Positions 10,552 to 22,918 of a stretch of DNA of 64,000 nucleotides are shown here, piece after piece (within the stretch, counting starts at the first letter, position 1; each line of letters starts with the position of its first letter). The stretch spans positions 732,924 through 796,923 of the forward strand of contig KV454015.1 of NCBI GenBank assembly GCA_001661245.1, read 5' to 3'. The notes beneath the pieces are model-generated. The model did no database searches and was not told the origin of the DNA. It saw nothing but the letters and a program-made list of their open reading frames with translations. This stretch comes from Pachysolen tannophilus NRRL Y-2460. Taxonomy: Eukaryota. A program made the position numbers and the translations under genes.

Positions 10552-13500
10552 ATGCCATTTCGTTTACAAATACCTTTAGCGCCGGGTGTTACGCAATCAA
10601 GTAGTTTGGAATCAAGTAGAAATGAAAAGAGCCGCCGTCGTGCTTCATCTACGAATAGTAGAAGAGTTAGAAGATCATCAGAATCAGGGTCCCTTATACT
10701 TGGGAATTTGGGTAGTATGAATGGAAGCAAGACAAGTGTTAAAGAAATGTTACAAAGTTCGTTATCTCCTCTGGGAGCGCCTTCAATAATTATTAATGGT
10801 GGGCAACAACAAGAAACTTTTTTCCAAAAACCAAGATCAAGTTCATTTAACCAGGTGATAAGAAGAAAATTATCTATAGCTGGAGGAACTGGTGGCAATA
10901 GTGATAACCAGGATAATGATGCTCTTTTTGTATCACCAAGACTTAGAGCAGATAGTTTTTCAAGTGATAGCCGCTCTATGAGATCTCGGTCCAACTCTTT
11001 ATCAGCTCAACAAAGTAATACTATTGAAAGTATAGCAAGCAACTCAAGTAGTATGTTACAATATGATTTAAGACATGCATCAAAATACAACGAATTATTG
11101 TTATCTTTTTTGCAAAGTCAAGGATTAGGACCGCCTATAAGGTTAGGTTTGAATGGTCATAATAGACAACAACAACAACATCAACAACATTTTAGACCTT
11201 TTTCCAAAAATTCTAATAATAAATCACTGGAAATTTATTTGGCAAGTACAGGGGATATTTTATTCTTACCTTATGTTTCATCAAAGAAATTTCATGCAGA
11301 TGGAGAAATTTCAGATGAAATTGTTGATGATGAATATGAAGATCAGTACGATAACTATAATGATAATATAACAGATAGTGATAGTCATGGAGAAAATAGA
11401 GCTCGTAGTCCAGCACAAACTTCAACTAATTCTGATAATGCGCTAATTCATACATTTTGTGTCATCATTAAGATAAATAAGCAACAAATGTTGAACCCAA
11501 TAGTGAAAGTTAAGCTTGAAAGTCATTGTCATATTGAATGGGTAAATGGTATTCCAAAATCAAATGATCCTAATACTTTAATGTTTTATGAAGATTATAA
11601 AATAAGTAAAGATATTAACTGGGATTTAAATTTAAGTGAGTCGGATTGTTTCATACCTTTTAAGGAAAAATCAAGTGATTATGATGGTAGATTTTCAGAT
11701 GATGATGAGGATATTACAGGTAATATTGATGAATTATCAGAAATAAAATTTTTAGACTCTGAAACAGAAAGTTCAGAAAGTTTAAACGTTGCTCCTTCAA
11801 CTGTCAAATGTTCATCAACTTTCCAACAACCTTTGAAAAAATTTGAAATGATACATCATAGAGAAAGGATTGTTGTAGACAACGCAAGTTCAAAAGATGA
11901 ATACATTTTTCCTCAAAATGCAACAGGTGGTAAAAATTATGAACCCGGCTATTACGCATTTTTGTTACCGGTATTATTTCCTTCCACGATGACAGAATCA
12001 ATCATATCTCCCTTGGGTAAAGTTTCTTACAACATTAATGTCAAGACACAGTCATTACTTTTACCTGAATTGAAACCATTACAAGCTGCTCTGTTTTCAA
12101 CATCTCCTCATTCTAAAAATTATGCTCCTTCAAAATCTCCTTCATCCTCTTTTGGTTCATCCAGTACACATGTTGTATCACCTTCTAGTGGGAATAAATT
12201 TTTGAAAAATTTGAAGCACATTACTTCTAATGGTAACGGTAGTAATGGGGGTAAGAAACATAAGGAAGAAAACGTTAAGGAATATATCTATACTTTACCA
12301 GTTATTCGTTTACCACCTCAAGGTTCTGTTAGCACAGTGAATAAGTCGGTATATGTTAACAAAATATGGAATGACTCTTTAAATTACAATATCATGTTCC
12401 CTAAAAAATACGTTCCAATGTCTTCACTCGATGATAATGTAATAAACAATTTTAATTTAACAATCAAGATTGTTCCCTTAATAAAACGTATTTATTTGAA
12501 GAGGGTCAAAATAAACGTTATTGAAAAATTAACGTATGCATCCAAAGATTTAAAGCATGAATATGATTTTGGCAAAGAATTTTTAGCAGATGAGGGAGTA
12601 AAGGAAAGAATTGTCACTTTATTTGAAGTAAAATCAAAAGAAAAAACTTCAACTAATCAGAATGCTCCGTTGAAAACAGAAGTTGTGAAAAATTGCTTGG
12701 ATGATAATCTATTGACCAGCTGTTATCAAGATTATAAACCTTCCAAAAGAACGAAATCAACAGTTGCGAATGAAGCAAATAACAACGACGAAGACATAAT
12801 TGTATTGAAACCTATAAAATTGAGCTGTCCATTGACATTTTACGTTAAAGACGACGATTTATTGAAGCAGATCAAGAGTAGTATTGCACAACAAAACTCA
12901 TTTTTGAATAACATTGGAAATAGTAGCGATGTTAAAGATGACGGAGATCAAGATGATGAAAATGTCTGTAACTTAAGTTCAGAAGAATTATCCAGAGAAA
13001 ATCAGAATAGGTCAAGCTCTCCGAATAGTTTTGGAAATTTTTTTTCCAAGTCGTCGTTATTATCTCCAATTCTTTCTAGTGGAGTACCTTCCAACAAAAA
13101 AGAAACTTCAAACAAAAATCAACATAATAACTACATAAAGGAGAACTATGGATTATATCCGGATGTGTTAGGGTTTGGTAATATTGTTATAAAACATAGA
13201 TTACAAATTTGTTTTAGAGTATCCAAACTAGAAGATATGAAAAAATCTAGTGGGTCTGATGAAAATTTGAAATTACACCACTACGAAGTGATAATAGATA
13301 CTCCAATAGTTTTGAATAGTCCTTACGCAATTGATAAGTCGCCACCAACATATGAACAGGTTATCAACTCTGGAAATTTGATTAATTCTGATACAAACTT
13401 TGAAATTAAGCCTATTTACGAAGATGGATCTGATAGCCGTCCTTTGGAGTCATCGGCAAGTGGAGATCATAATGATACTTCCCCTCCTCCGCCATTTGAG

Positions 13501-14118
13501 TTTAGCCTACAAGTTGGCTCGCCAATTAATAGAACTGGAATAAACTCAGATTTTGTTTCAAGTACTACGGAATCGCCTTACTCGCAATCCCTCAATTCTT
13601 CATATGGCGGGCCTGTCAGAAACCCGTCGAGTGTATCCAATATTGATGAATTAGTTGATCAATCAGAGGAAAATGAAATAAAAGAAAGTGATTTAGATAA
13701 CCCTGCGAATGAGATAAACTTAGCAGCAGCACAAGAATTACAGCCTAATTCTTCATACTCAAATGTTTTAAAACCGCCTGAACCAACAATATTACATGAT
13801 AGAGCTGCCAAAATAAGTACATTATCAAAGTTATTTGCAGAACATAATAACATTAGAAGCGGGAATGACGGTAACAGCAGCAGCAGCAATGACAATAGCG
13901 TTAACAATATTGATCTGAATTTAGACAAGAATCCTCCTCCTGCGTATTCAAAAGTAGTTAATGTTGATGACAGAGGACATATCAGTGATAACAACAATAT
14001 GAATAATATTGCCAGTAATAATAACGATTTGGATGAAACTTTTGCTGATTTCAGCATCGACGGAGAACTTTTAAATCCAGGTGCAATGATGGGTAATAAT
14101 AGAGGATGGCAGCGATGA
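10552..14118 (+). CDS. CSR2: Alpha-arrestin Rsp5 adaptor, Csr2/Ecm21 type (first ATG 10552)
   Basis: VYVNKIWNDSLNY, HRLQICFRVSK, HYEVIIDTP; PY motifs PPTY and PPAY; YOP1-APL4-CSR2 order as in S. cerevisiae. Confidence 0.85.
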   Translation: MPFRLQIPLAPGVTQSSSLESSRNEKSRRRASSTNSRRVRRSSESGSLILGNLGSMNGSKTSVKEMLQSSLSPLGAPSIIINGGQQQETFFQKPRSSSFNQVIRRKLSIAGGTGGNSDNQDNDALFVSPRLRADSFSSDSRSMRSRSNSLSAQQSNTIESIASNSSSMLQYDLRHASKYNELLLSFLQSQGLGPPIRLGLNGHNRQQQQHQQHFRPFSKNSNNKSLEIYLASTGDILFLPYVSSKKFHADGEISDEIVDDEYEDQYDNYNDNITDSDSHGENRARSPAQTSTNSDNALIHTFCVIIKINKQQMLNPIVKVKLESHCHIEWVNGIPKSNDPNTLMFYEDYKISKDINWDLNLSESDCFIPFKEKSSDYDGRFSDDDEDITGNIDELSEIKFLDSETESSESLNVAPSTVKCSSTFQQPLKKFEMIHHRERIVVDNASSKDEYIFPQNATGGKNYEPGYYAFLLPVLFPSTMTESIISPLGKVSYNINVKTQSLLLPELKPLQAALFSTSPHSKNYAPSKSPSSSFGSSSTHVVSPSSGNKFLKNLKHITSNGNGSNGGKKHKEENVKEYIYTLPVIRLPPQGSVSTVNKSVYVNKIWNDSLNYNIMFPKKYVPMSSLDDNVINNFNLTIKIVPLIKRIYLKRVKINVIEKLTYASKDLKHEYDFGKEFLADEGVKERIVTLFEVKSKEKTSTNQNAPLKTEVVKNCLDDNLLTSCYQDYKPSKRTKSTVANEANNNDEDIIVLKPIKLSCPLTFYVKDDDLLKQIKSSIAQQNSFLNNIGNSSDVKDDGDQDDENVCNLSSEELSRENQNRSSSPNSFGNFFSKSSLLSPILSSGVPSNKKETSNKNQHNNYIKENYGLYPDVLGFGNIVIKHRLQICFRVSKLEDMKKSSGSDENLKLHHYEVIIDTPIVLNSPYAIDKSPPTYEQVINSGNLINSDTNFEIKPIYEDGSDSRPLESSASGDHNDTSPPPPFEFSLQVGSPINRTGINSDFVSSTTESPYSQSLNSSYGGPVRNPSSVSNIDELVDQSEENEIKESDLDNPANEINLAAAQELQPNSSYSNVLKPPEPTILHDRAAKISTLSKLFAEHNNIRSGNDGNSSSSNDNSVNNIDLNLDKNPPPAYSKVVNVDDRGHISDNNNMNNIASNNNDLDETFADFSIDGELLNPGAMMGNNRGWQR

Positions 14119-14385
14119 AATGTTTAGTGCAGACAGCATTAAAGTTATATGACGAAGTTGAAGAAGTGGATCATTCACTGAATCGTTATCTTAATTTTTT
14201 ATTTTATTTTATTTTTTTTTCTTTTTTCTCATTTTATTGTTAACTTTTCAAGGAGTTCTTTTTTAGTTTGAAGTTTAGGTTTATACCAAGTGTTTTAGTA
14301 TATAAGAATAGGCTAAGGCTATGGTTGCATTCAATGCATATATTTACATATTATAAACAATGTTACATATATATATAATTCATAC

Positions 14386-15894
14386 TCAATGAGGACCTAT
14401 TTTTTGCTCTCTTTCACGCCTTTCTTTTTGTTTCCTCTTTTCATCTTCGATATCAATATTACTGTGAGCCTGTTCTTTAACATAACCAATACTACTTTTG
14501 TAACCATCCCATTGAACTGTTTTTGCCTTTTTAACTTTATTAAGCTTTTCGTCTACTTCATTTTCTCTTTTCCTAGAAGTACTGTTGACTATGTTTCTTA
14601 TATTTTCTAAAACATTTTCAGTTGTTAAATTTGTGGTTCTCATTTTATTTTCAAATCTACTTTTTTCTTCTTTATACCTAGGATCTCTAAGTACTATTTG
14701 GATATGTTGTTCAAATTTAGATTCCGGAATTAATTTATGAGTTAAAGGACATCTTATCATTTTTTCTTGCGCATTTGTAGCTTCCGATGTCAGATTATCT
14801 GTACCTCTCATTCTCCTAGATGAACCTGGGGTTCTTATATTCATACTCCTTGGAACGGGTCTTGCAATTTTCTGAGGTGCTGATATTGAATTCAGAGCAG
14901 TGACAGGTGTTGATGTTTCTTGTGTTTCTTCTTTGATATCTCCATTATTATTAGTATGAGTTGAGTTAATAGTGATATTTTTATCCTTTTCTATTTGAGT
15001 TGGTGGAATAGTCTCAATGATGTTTTCAGCATTTTCTTCGAAATCAGGAGGTGCTTCTTCCAATAAAGAGTTTGCTTTCTTTTGAGCTAATGATCTATAT
15101 TGTAAATCTGCCAAGGATAACGGTAAAGGTAATTCACTAACTTTATCTGCTTCATCGAATTCAATTGTCTCCACTATTGTAAAATCTTGCCAATCTATTG
15201 ATGCAAATTCTAATTCTTTCTTAGCAATTTGTTCTTCTTTTGCCAGTTTTTCAACTTCATTCTTTACCTCATACTCAGCCCTTTGAAATGCACGTTCTAA
15301 AACATTATATGGATTTTTTAATCCTTCTTCAATTTTATTGATTAATTTTTCAGAAGGTTTAAGTATTTTTTCATATTGTAATACATAACTATCAAATATT
15401 TTTCTGAAAGAATGATTAGCATTCAAAAATTCAAATTGACTTGCTTCATCAGATGTTTTTCGTAAAACTTGATCTATAAAAGAAGAACCATTTTTCGCTA
15501 TGAAAAAGGCAGTCATCTTTATAACATCTAAGTCTAAAGATGACATAGGTAATAAATCACAACAAAATTCTAATGCATCAGGTTCAGGTATAACATCTTT
15601 GGAATCAACAACATTTGAATCCAGAGCAACGACGTTATTCCCATCAACTTTCTCCGAGATTTTCTGATTATCCACTTTTCCTTCCTTATACTGATTTAAT
15701 TTCCATTGGTAATAACTAAAATAAGCATCAGTCTGCATTAAGAAGGAAAACTTCTTATTGTTAAATTCTTTTTCTCTTACTCTTATTTCAAAAGAAGGAC
15801 CATTCCTGAAAACATAACTAGCAGTCTTATCTATTATTTCTCTTATTTCCCCAGGCGGCAATATAATCTCTTCAGGAACCACCTCTTCACTCAT
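14386..15894 (-). CDS. PRP21: SF3a splicing factor subunit 1 (ATG at 15894)
   Basis: Two SURP domains (IIDKTASYV..NGPSFE; QFEFL), IDWQDF, DPRYKEE. Confidence 0.92.
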   Translation of the reverse strand: MSEEVVPEEIILPPGEIREIIDKTASYVFRNGPSFEIRVREKEFNNKKFSFLMQTDAYFSYYQWKLNQYKEGKVDNQKISEKVDGNNVVALDSNVVDSKDVIPEPDALEFCCDLLPMSSLDLDVIKMTAFFIAKNGSSFIDQVLRKTSDEASQFEFLNANHSFRKIFDSYVLQYEKILKPSEKLINKIEEGLKNPYNVLERAFQRAEYEVKNEVEKLAKEEQIAKKELEFASIDWQDFTIVETIEFDEADKVSELPLPLSLADLQYRSLAQKKANSLLEEAPPDFEENAENIIETIPPTQIEKDKNITINSTHTNNNGDIKEETQETSTPVTALNSISAPQKIARPVPRSMNIRTPGSSRRMRGTDNLTSEATNAQEKMIRCPLTHKLIPESKFEQHIQIVLRDPRYKEEKSRFENKMRTTNLTTENVLENIRNIVNSTSRKRENEVDEKLNKVKKAKTVQWDGYKSSIGYVKEQAHSNIDIEDEKRKQKERREREQKIGPH

Positions 15895-16276
15895 AGTCAA
15901 AGCTATAGATGTAACTAACAAATATAAATATATTCAGATATATATATATATATATAAAATATATTTACTAATATATTTTTATATGAATTTGATTATTTGA
16001 GCTAAAAATGCGATGAAGTGGTGCGCATTTGAAAATATATTGCGCACTAATTGCGTGCATAACTAAAGCGCGTTTGATTTTGGAAATGTGTATCTTACAT
16101 TGCATCTTTTTGTACTACAACAGTTGAAATGTTGTATTTAAATATATTTATATATAAATATATAAATATATATATATATATATAATAATAATTGAAGATT
16201 AATTGGTTGGTTTGGTTAGCGGGTAATATTGTCGGACTTGAAATTTTGGTTTTCATCTTTGAGATCAGTTTATGAG

Positions 16277-17833
16277 ATGAGAATTTTATATTCGACTTTA
16301 TCAAATGATAAGTTATATAAAATTGATGTTTCAAACAAGAAGAATCTTAAGGGAATAGAGTTAATCAATAACAATGAACAAAAAGTAACTCATGCTTCGA
16401 GTTTGAGTGATATTTCTGTGAATCTGCCTGATGTGCATAAGAATAATTATATTCAAAAGATATTAACTATACGGTATAACGAATCAACTAGGTTATTATG
16501 TATTACTAAAAAAGATGGGTCGATAAAGATTTGTCGTTATATTTCTAATGAAGATTTATATTCAGAAGTGTTTACTCTTAATAGAACAACAAAAGATCAA
16601 AAAGATTATATAATAAACTTGTATTATAAAGATAGTATTTTGTATTGTTGTTCGAATAAAGGTAGATTAATGCTTACCAATTTAAAAAATTTGGATACTC
16701 GTGATTTTACACCAAATCCTTTTATAATTCAATTATCTGAACCATTAAATTTTTTCAAAGTTCATCCTATAAATCAATGGATCATAGCGTGTGGTGGATA
16801 TAGTAATAATTTACAACTATATAATTTGGAAACTCCTTTTAATGGGTTTAATTCTTCATTACATCTTTTCAACTATAGTTCTATAAATAAGATTTCTCCC
16901 TTTTGGAGTGCTAAAACTGTTCAAAGAATATCTAAAAAACATTTGGAAGAATTTACGTGGATTGTTGATTGTGAATTTATTGTTAATAATCTGGAAGAAA
17001 AAAATGATTGTAATTTAGAAGTAGGAGAAGGAGAAGGAGAAGGAGCAGCAGCAAGAGTAGAAACAGAAGTACCAGAAGAAAAATATTATAAAATGTGTAG
17101 TGTCACAGGGTTTGGTAAACTCTATTATTATGATACAGAATTTAGTTCTTATCCAACATTGGATCTCACCGTTTCAAATCACCCTATAAAACTTTTAAAA
17201 AATTTAAATGATTATGAATTTTTGTTTATTGATGCTTTTGGTTATTGTGGATTGTTGGATATTGTTAAGGAAAAAATTACAAATAGTTATAGATTGCCAA
17301 ACATGGGGTCAATATGTGGTATTGATATAATTAATTGGAGTAATTACTGTCAAGATTTTTATGAAAAAAACAGAGTTGAAAAAAATAAAAATGATGATTA
17401 CGATGATGAACTCAAAAAACTTGAATTACAACCAATTTTGATTACTTATTCTACAATTCTAGGGGAAGTCAAGACAGTTCGATTATTTAAAAATAATTCT
17501 GAAGATCATGAAAAACTCAAGATGCAGTTAATTAGTTCCATTAAGTTACAACTAATGGACAATTCCAATTACAGAAGAAGATTGTTGATTCCGTGTTTAA
17601 TCTATGATTTTTGTAACCAAGAACCGTCAGATGAGTTATCTGATTTAAATTTTGTTTTTTACGATAGAGCACTACTAAAGTCAAATAAAAAGGTTGGGAA
17701 AATTGATGATAATGATAATAATGAAAATGGGAATGGTGATTTACTTAGTCCAAGAACTGGACTTCTTGAAACTAATAATGGGAATGATAATGTTGATGGT
17801 AATTCACGTGATACGAAAAGATTGAAGGTTTAA
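16277..17833 (+). CDS. Divergent Nsa1/WDR74-like WD40 protein (ATG at 16277)
   Basis: MRIL start; ACGG..NNLQLY, FWSAK, W..D.EF, VT.FGKL.YYDT, VSNHPI resemble the Nsa1 family. Confidence 0.65.
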   Translation: MRILYSTLSNDKLYKIDVSNKKNLKGIELINNNEQKVTHASSLSDISVNLPDVHKNNYIQKILTIRYNESTRLLCITKKDGSIKICRYISNEDLYSEVFTLNRTTKDQKDYIINLYYKDSILYCCSNKGRLMLTNLKNLDTRDFTPNPFIIQLSEPLNFFKVHPINQWIIACGGYSNNLQLYNLETPFNGFNSSLHLFNYSSINKISPFWSAKTVQRISKKHLEEFTWIVDCEFIVNNLEEKNDCNLEVGEGEGEGAAARVETEVPEEKYYKMCSVTGFGKLYYYDTEFSSYPTLDLTVSNHPIKLLKNLNDYEFLFIDAFGYCGLLDIVKEKITNSYRLPNMGSICGIDIINWSNYCQDFYEKNRVEKNKNDDYDDELKKLELQPILITYSTILGEVKTVRLFKNNSEDHEKLKMQLISSIKLQLMDNSNYRRRLLIPCLIYDFCNQEPSDELSDLNFVFYDRALLKSNKKVGKIDDNDNNENGNGDLLSPRTGLLETNNGNDNVDGNSRDTKRLKV

Positions 17834-18264
17834 ATAGTTTAGTCATATGTTCCTGGATACAAAATAAAAATTGATTTTTTAAGTTTCTTCTTTTCTTTTC
17901 TTTTTTTTTTTCTTGTTCTTTTAAATATAATTTTATTTATTCTAGTAGAATTGATACTGGATGGTGTTGTTTTTATTCTTGGGCTTTATTATAATTTTAA
18001 CGAGCGGCGATTTTAAAGACATAAGGCGCTTTGATTTTCGTAGTATAGTAGATTGTAGATCGTATTTTGAAATTCTCAAAACATATTAATTAATATCACA
18101 ATTTTTTTTTTTTTATATATATAAAAATCTTTCTTTTAAATGAAAAAGACTATACAACCAAAACTAAGAACATAAATAAAAAAAAAAACGAAAATGATTT
18201 TTGAAAAAATTAATGTATACAATTATTTAATCTCCCGTTTACTTTTTCCTTCTTCTAAAAAACT

Positions 18265-19446
18265 TTAAGCTTTGATTGATGAAGCTCTTCTAACCTTTCT
18301 GGCTTCTTTACGTTCGTGTAATCTTTGGGCTAATAATTGTTGGTATTCAGCTGCTTGTTCTCTTTGGAATTGAGCGTTTCTGATCTTAAGAGCCTTCAAG
18401 TGACGTTTTCTTTGTAAAGTTTGTGGAGTAACTAATCTTTGAATCTTTGGAGCTTTAGTATATTTCTTGTCACCTTTGACAACTTCACGTCTAATAACAA
18501 ATTGTCTGACATCATCTTCCTTGGTTAAACCAAAGAATTTTCTAATGTGGTTAGCACGTTTTGGACCCAATCTTTTTGGAACTGAGGTATCAGTTAAACC
18601 TGGGATTTCTTGTTCACCTTGTTTAATAACAACAAGGGACAAAACAGCTAAATCTGGACCGACAATACAACCTCTGACAGACTTTCTCTTACGTTCACCG
18701 GTTCTTCTTGGTCTGTAACATGAGTGACCTTTAGCCAATAATAACTTGACTCTGGTTGGAAGCATGACACCTTGTTTCATTGGGAAACCTTGTTTATCAT
18801 TACCACCAGTGATTCTGAAGATGTAACCTTTGAATTCATCACCAACTGAGTCACCTTCAACTTCTTGGCCCATACGTTTTTCGTAAAAGATACGTAATTT
18901 GTGTTCATCGTCGATTTCGACGGATTTTTGAGTACCGTTAGAAGGATAAGCAATGTTTAACTAGAAAAAAAAAATTGTTAGTATGAAAATTGATCAACAC
19001 TTTGATGGAAGAAGAAAAATAAGAAGAAATAACATTAAAGTAAATATTGTAAATGTCAAGAATGAACTATAATCACTACCATCTATGAGTATGCTAGTTT
19101 ATAACGTTGTATAAAGTTTGCGTGAATACTAAAATTATAAAATTTTTTGCTGATGAGATAAGTTTTCAATAGAAATTCCAAAACAGATAATTTTCAGTTT
19201 CAACAAAATCATTTGGAACAAACCATTTAAACTAATAAAATTAAATTCATTTCTTCACTATAATTTTATTCAAATTGGAATTAACTTGTATAATAGAATA
19301 ATTCTTATAAAAAAACCCATACATATATTTTCAACTTTTCCAAACTTTCTCCTTGATTCCACTTAACTCTTCTTCACTTCTATTTACTTCTATTCACTTC
19401 TATTCATTTCTCTCACTTAATCCTAAAATATCCAACATACCTTCAT
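18265..19446 (-). CDS. RPS6: 40S ribosomal protein S6; exon 1 19446-19441 (ATG AAG), exon 2 18960-18265
   Basis: [32 protein letters not shown]; 480-nt intron 19440-18961 with GTATGT, TACTAAC, TAG. Confidence 0.98.
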
Positions 19447-20253
19447 TGTGATATGATATTATATGCCTTTTCTTTATTGGATTTTTCAAAAAAGATAAAA
19501 TATATAAAAAAATTTATATATTGAAAAATTTCTTTGGGAAAAGGTATATTTCTCTATTCATCTGTTTCTTCACAACACAATACGAGAAAAAAAAAAAAAA
19601 AAAAAAAAAAAAAAGACAGAAAATTTTCAGTAAATTTTGCACACGACTTTTGCTTGATAAAACAATTTAAGTAAGAAATTGCCTAATTGGGGAATATTGT
19701 TTTGGACTGCGGAAAACAAAGAGAAAAAAACAAAAAAAAAGAATTTATTAGGGCTCAAAGACCTAATAAAAAATTAAATAAAAAAGAACTTGGGAATTGT
19801 GATTATCGACACTACTGTTGTTAAAGACTGCGATGCACGACTTTTTTATTGAGTTTTTTCTTGAATAAGAAAGAGTAAACACAATCAGTCAATATCAGTT
19901 TGCATATGCATATAGAATATATATAAAATACATAATAATAATAATAATATATATACCGGTATAATTTTAAAGAGTTTATTTAATAATATGATAAAGGAAA
20001 TATAACACACAAAGTATCCTTCTACTTACAAAAAGAACAAAAAAAAAGTATTAGTGTAATGTGTAAAGTCTAAAGTACAACACAAGAGTATACAACAACA
20101 ACAACGGATAACATAACCCCAACAATTAAAAATAAAGTAATATGTAAAAACAATTTTTGGTACCTTGATAAATATTTTTTTTCCAAAAAAAAAAAAACAA
20201 AAAAAAAAATTTCCTTTATAACCGATTATTTAAAACCCCAACTTCTGCCGTCA

Positions 20254-22584
20254 TTAATCTTTATGGTCATTCTTTATCCTACTTCCACCATTGGTATTTT
20301 CTTCTGTTCCTTTCTTATTTGTAGAAATTATTGCTGATCCGGCTCCAAAACTGTTTCCAAAAACACCACTCATCATCTGGGATGGACTGGGAAGCATCAT
20401 TCCACTGCTATTAGCTATAGCACTGAGCATTCCACCAACACCTCCTCCTGAACCAGTACTTGCGTTGTTGGAGTTTTCATTATTATTTGCCGTTCCAGTA
20501 CCAATATTATTACTATTAACCATTGAACTTGTTAAACCTGAACTTCTCAAATTGCTCGGTCCACCACCAATAGGAGTATTTCCTGTTCCAAAAGGTATAT
20601 TCCACTCATTTGTATAAAAATTTGAAGGGGAAGGAAATAAGTAATCTGTGTTTAAGTATTTACTTGGTAATGCAGACAACGGAGTTTCTCCATTGAACAA
20701 TGCTCCGTTATTAATATTATGAAACGGCGGCCTAAATCCACTGCTATTGACCGGGTTGTTCCCATTGTTCGTAATGACGCTATTGCTACCACCATTATTA
20801 TTAGGCGCATTCGGTATAAATGGAGAAGGGAAAAGATTTGAATTAGTAACATTATGAGTACCTGAAGGTGATGGTTGTGGCAACACAAAGTATCCATTTG
20901 GTCCATTTGCAGATATTGGTGTTGATTTAGACGAATTCGAATTCCCTCCTTCTTGTGGATGCGGCGTGTTAGCTGTAATTGATAATCCTGGCAATATCGG
21001 CTTATGCAGGCGTGAACTGGTTCCCCTTCCTCCAGCATCGCCACCACCATTCCCAATAGACTCATTGTGAAGGTTTTTATTGCTGAAATTAGCATCGTTT
21101 TCATTTTTAGATTCGGCAGTCATCGTTACAGCACTATCACTTTTCTCAACATTCAAATTATGGTTATTTTCATCATTACCTTTGGTATTGGCATTGCTAT
21201 TATTGCTTTGGTTTTGATGACTATTTTGATTATTCAGGTCACCATTATTAATTTTGTTATTATTGTTATTATTATTATTATTGTTGTTGTCGTTATTATT
21301 ATTATTATTTTCATTATCATTCAATGTACTTTTACCATTATTTGGCGATGCTTCTGAATTAGAACTAGGAATTTGAACTCTTAAAATTGGTCTATGCAAT
21401 GCAGTATTGCCACTTATATTATTCCCACTCGCGCTACTATTGACACTATAGGCAGGACTTGAAACATAAGGGTATGATGAAGCGTTTCCTCCCATATTTG
21501 TACTATCGTTCCGAGATCCGACGTACTGAGTTTGATGCAACTGTGAAGAAATATTTGCTGTGCTAGAACCTGAATTTGGAACCACGGCAGTACCAGCAGT
21601 ACCATTATGATGTACAGGGAATGTAGAAAAAGGGGGTAATGTGCTAGGATACAGTTGTTGTTTCATAAGTGAAGCACGATGCTGTTCGAAAGTTGTTTGA
21701 ATTCTTGATTGATCTTGTGGCAGCCCATACATCACACCTGCTGGACCTGGACCTGGACCTAGTCCTAGTCCTGTTCCCTGATGTTGACGGAGCAGTTGCA
21801 GTTGCAGTTGCTGCAGTTGTTGTTGCTGTTGATAGTTGTGTTGATCTTTTGATAACGACAAAGAATCATTTTGTTTTGGAGTCATTGATTTCGAGGAGGA
21901 TTGTGAGGATCTCAGGGACTGTGATTTTTTCAATCTATTGGATGAAGGGCGTTTTGATGGGGTTTGTGAATTAGTTCTTTTCAAATCTTCCATTCTCCTT
22001 GATATAATCCTACGACGTTTTGGGTTTTGAACTTCATCCATATCAGTACCATTTAAGTCCCCTTCTACATTCTCTAATTTTGCCTCATTTTCGTCTTCTT
22101 CCTCTATAGTCAATTGCCGTCCCGTTGCAACCCTTTTCCTATTACGGCTATCCAATTTATGTCCTTCTTCTTCATCATCATCGTCCTCTTCATCTCCACC
22201 TTCTTCACTTTCACTTACATCAAAATCTTCATCATCAAATTCCGGAGTCGACAGGTGTGAAACAACTTTATTGACATTTCCTCTCCTTCCATTTGGATCT
22301 CTTGATATTCTAGATTTTTTAACATAATCACCATAATCACCAGGTGATTTTTGTTCTTGAATCTTTGATGCAGTATTATATTTTTTTAATAATTCTTGAG
22401 TATTATCTGAAGAAAATTCATAAACTTTATGGTTATGTCCAACAATAATAACTGCAAGATCAACTTGACATAATATAGCTAATTCATGTGCTTTTTTAAA
22501 TAAACCTGCTTTCCTCTTCACAAATGTAACAGTTCTATTACGCTCATCCGTGATGGGCTGAATGGCTATCTTTCTTCTCCCCAT
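20254..22584 (-). CDS. RLM1: MEF2-type MADS-box transcription factor
   Basis: [59 protein letters not shown]; poly-N/Q tracts; adjacent to RPS6 as in S. cerevisiae. Confidence 0.93.
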   Translation of the reverse strand: MGRRKIAIQPITDERNRTVTFVKRKAGLFKKAHELAILCQVDLAVIIVGHNHKVYEFSSDNTQELLKKYNTASKIQEQKSPGDYGDYVKKSRISRDPNGRRGNVNKVVSHLSTPEFDDEDFDVSESEEGGDEEDDDDEEEGHKLDSRNRKRVATGRQLTIEEEDENEAKLENVEGDLNGTDMDEVQNPKRRRIISRRMEDLKRTNSQTPSKRPSSNRLKKSQSLRSSQSSSKSMTPKQNDSLSLSKDQHNYQQQQQLQQLQLQLLRQHQGTGLGLGPGPGPAGVMYGLPQDQSRIQTTFEQHRASLMKQQLYPSTLPPFSTFPVHHNGTAGTAVVPNSGSSTANISSQLHQTQYVGSRNDSTNMGGNASSYPYVSSPAYSVNSSASGNNISGNTALHRPILRVQIPSSNSEASPNNGKSTLNDNENNNNNNDNNNNNNNNNNNKINNGDLNNQNSHQNQSNNSNANTKGNDENNHNLNVEKSDSAVTMTAESKNENDANFSNKNLHNESIGNGGGDAGGRGTSSRLHKPILPGLSITANTPHPQEGGNSNSSKSTPISANGPNGYFVLPQPSPSGTHNVTNSNLFPSPFIPNAPNNNGGSNSVITNNGNNPVNSSGFRPPFHNINNGALFNGETPLSALPSKYLNTDYLFPSPSNFYTNEWNIPFGTGNTPIGGGPSNLRSSGLTSSMVNSNNIGTGTANNNENSNNASTGSGGGVGGMLSAIANSSGMMLPSPSQMMSGVFGNSFGAGSAIISTNKKGTEENTNGGSRIKNDHKD

Positions 22585-22868
22585 TATATCCTTTCTATGT
22601 TAAGGAGATTATTATGAATTTGAAAAAAAATTAAAAGAAATACCAAAGCCAATGAAGGAAAAAAAAAATATTGAAAATTATAAACAAACCAAAAAAAAAA
22701 GTAAAAAAAAAAAAAGAAAAAAAAGAAAGAAAAAGTAATCCAGTTAATTAATTGTAAAGAAAAAGTTTAATATATATTTATATTTATGTATATATAAATA
22801 TATATATATATGTATTATATATAATAACTAATCTCTTTTCAACTAAAACGTTGTTGTGTTTTTTCCTT

Positions 22869-22918
<50 letters not shown>

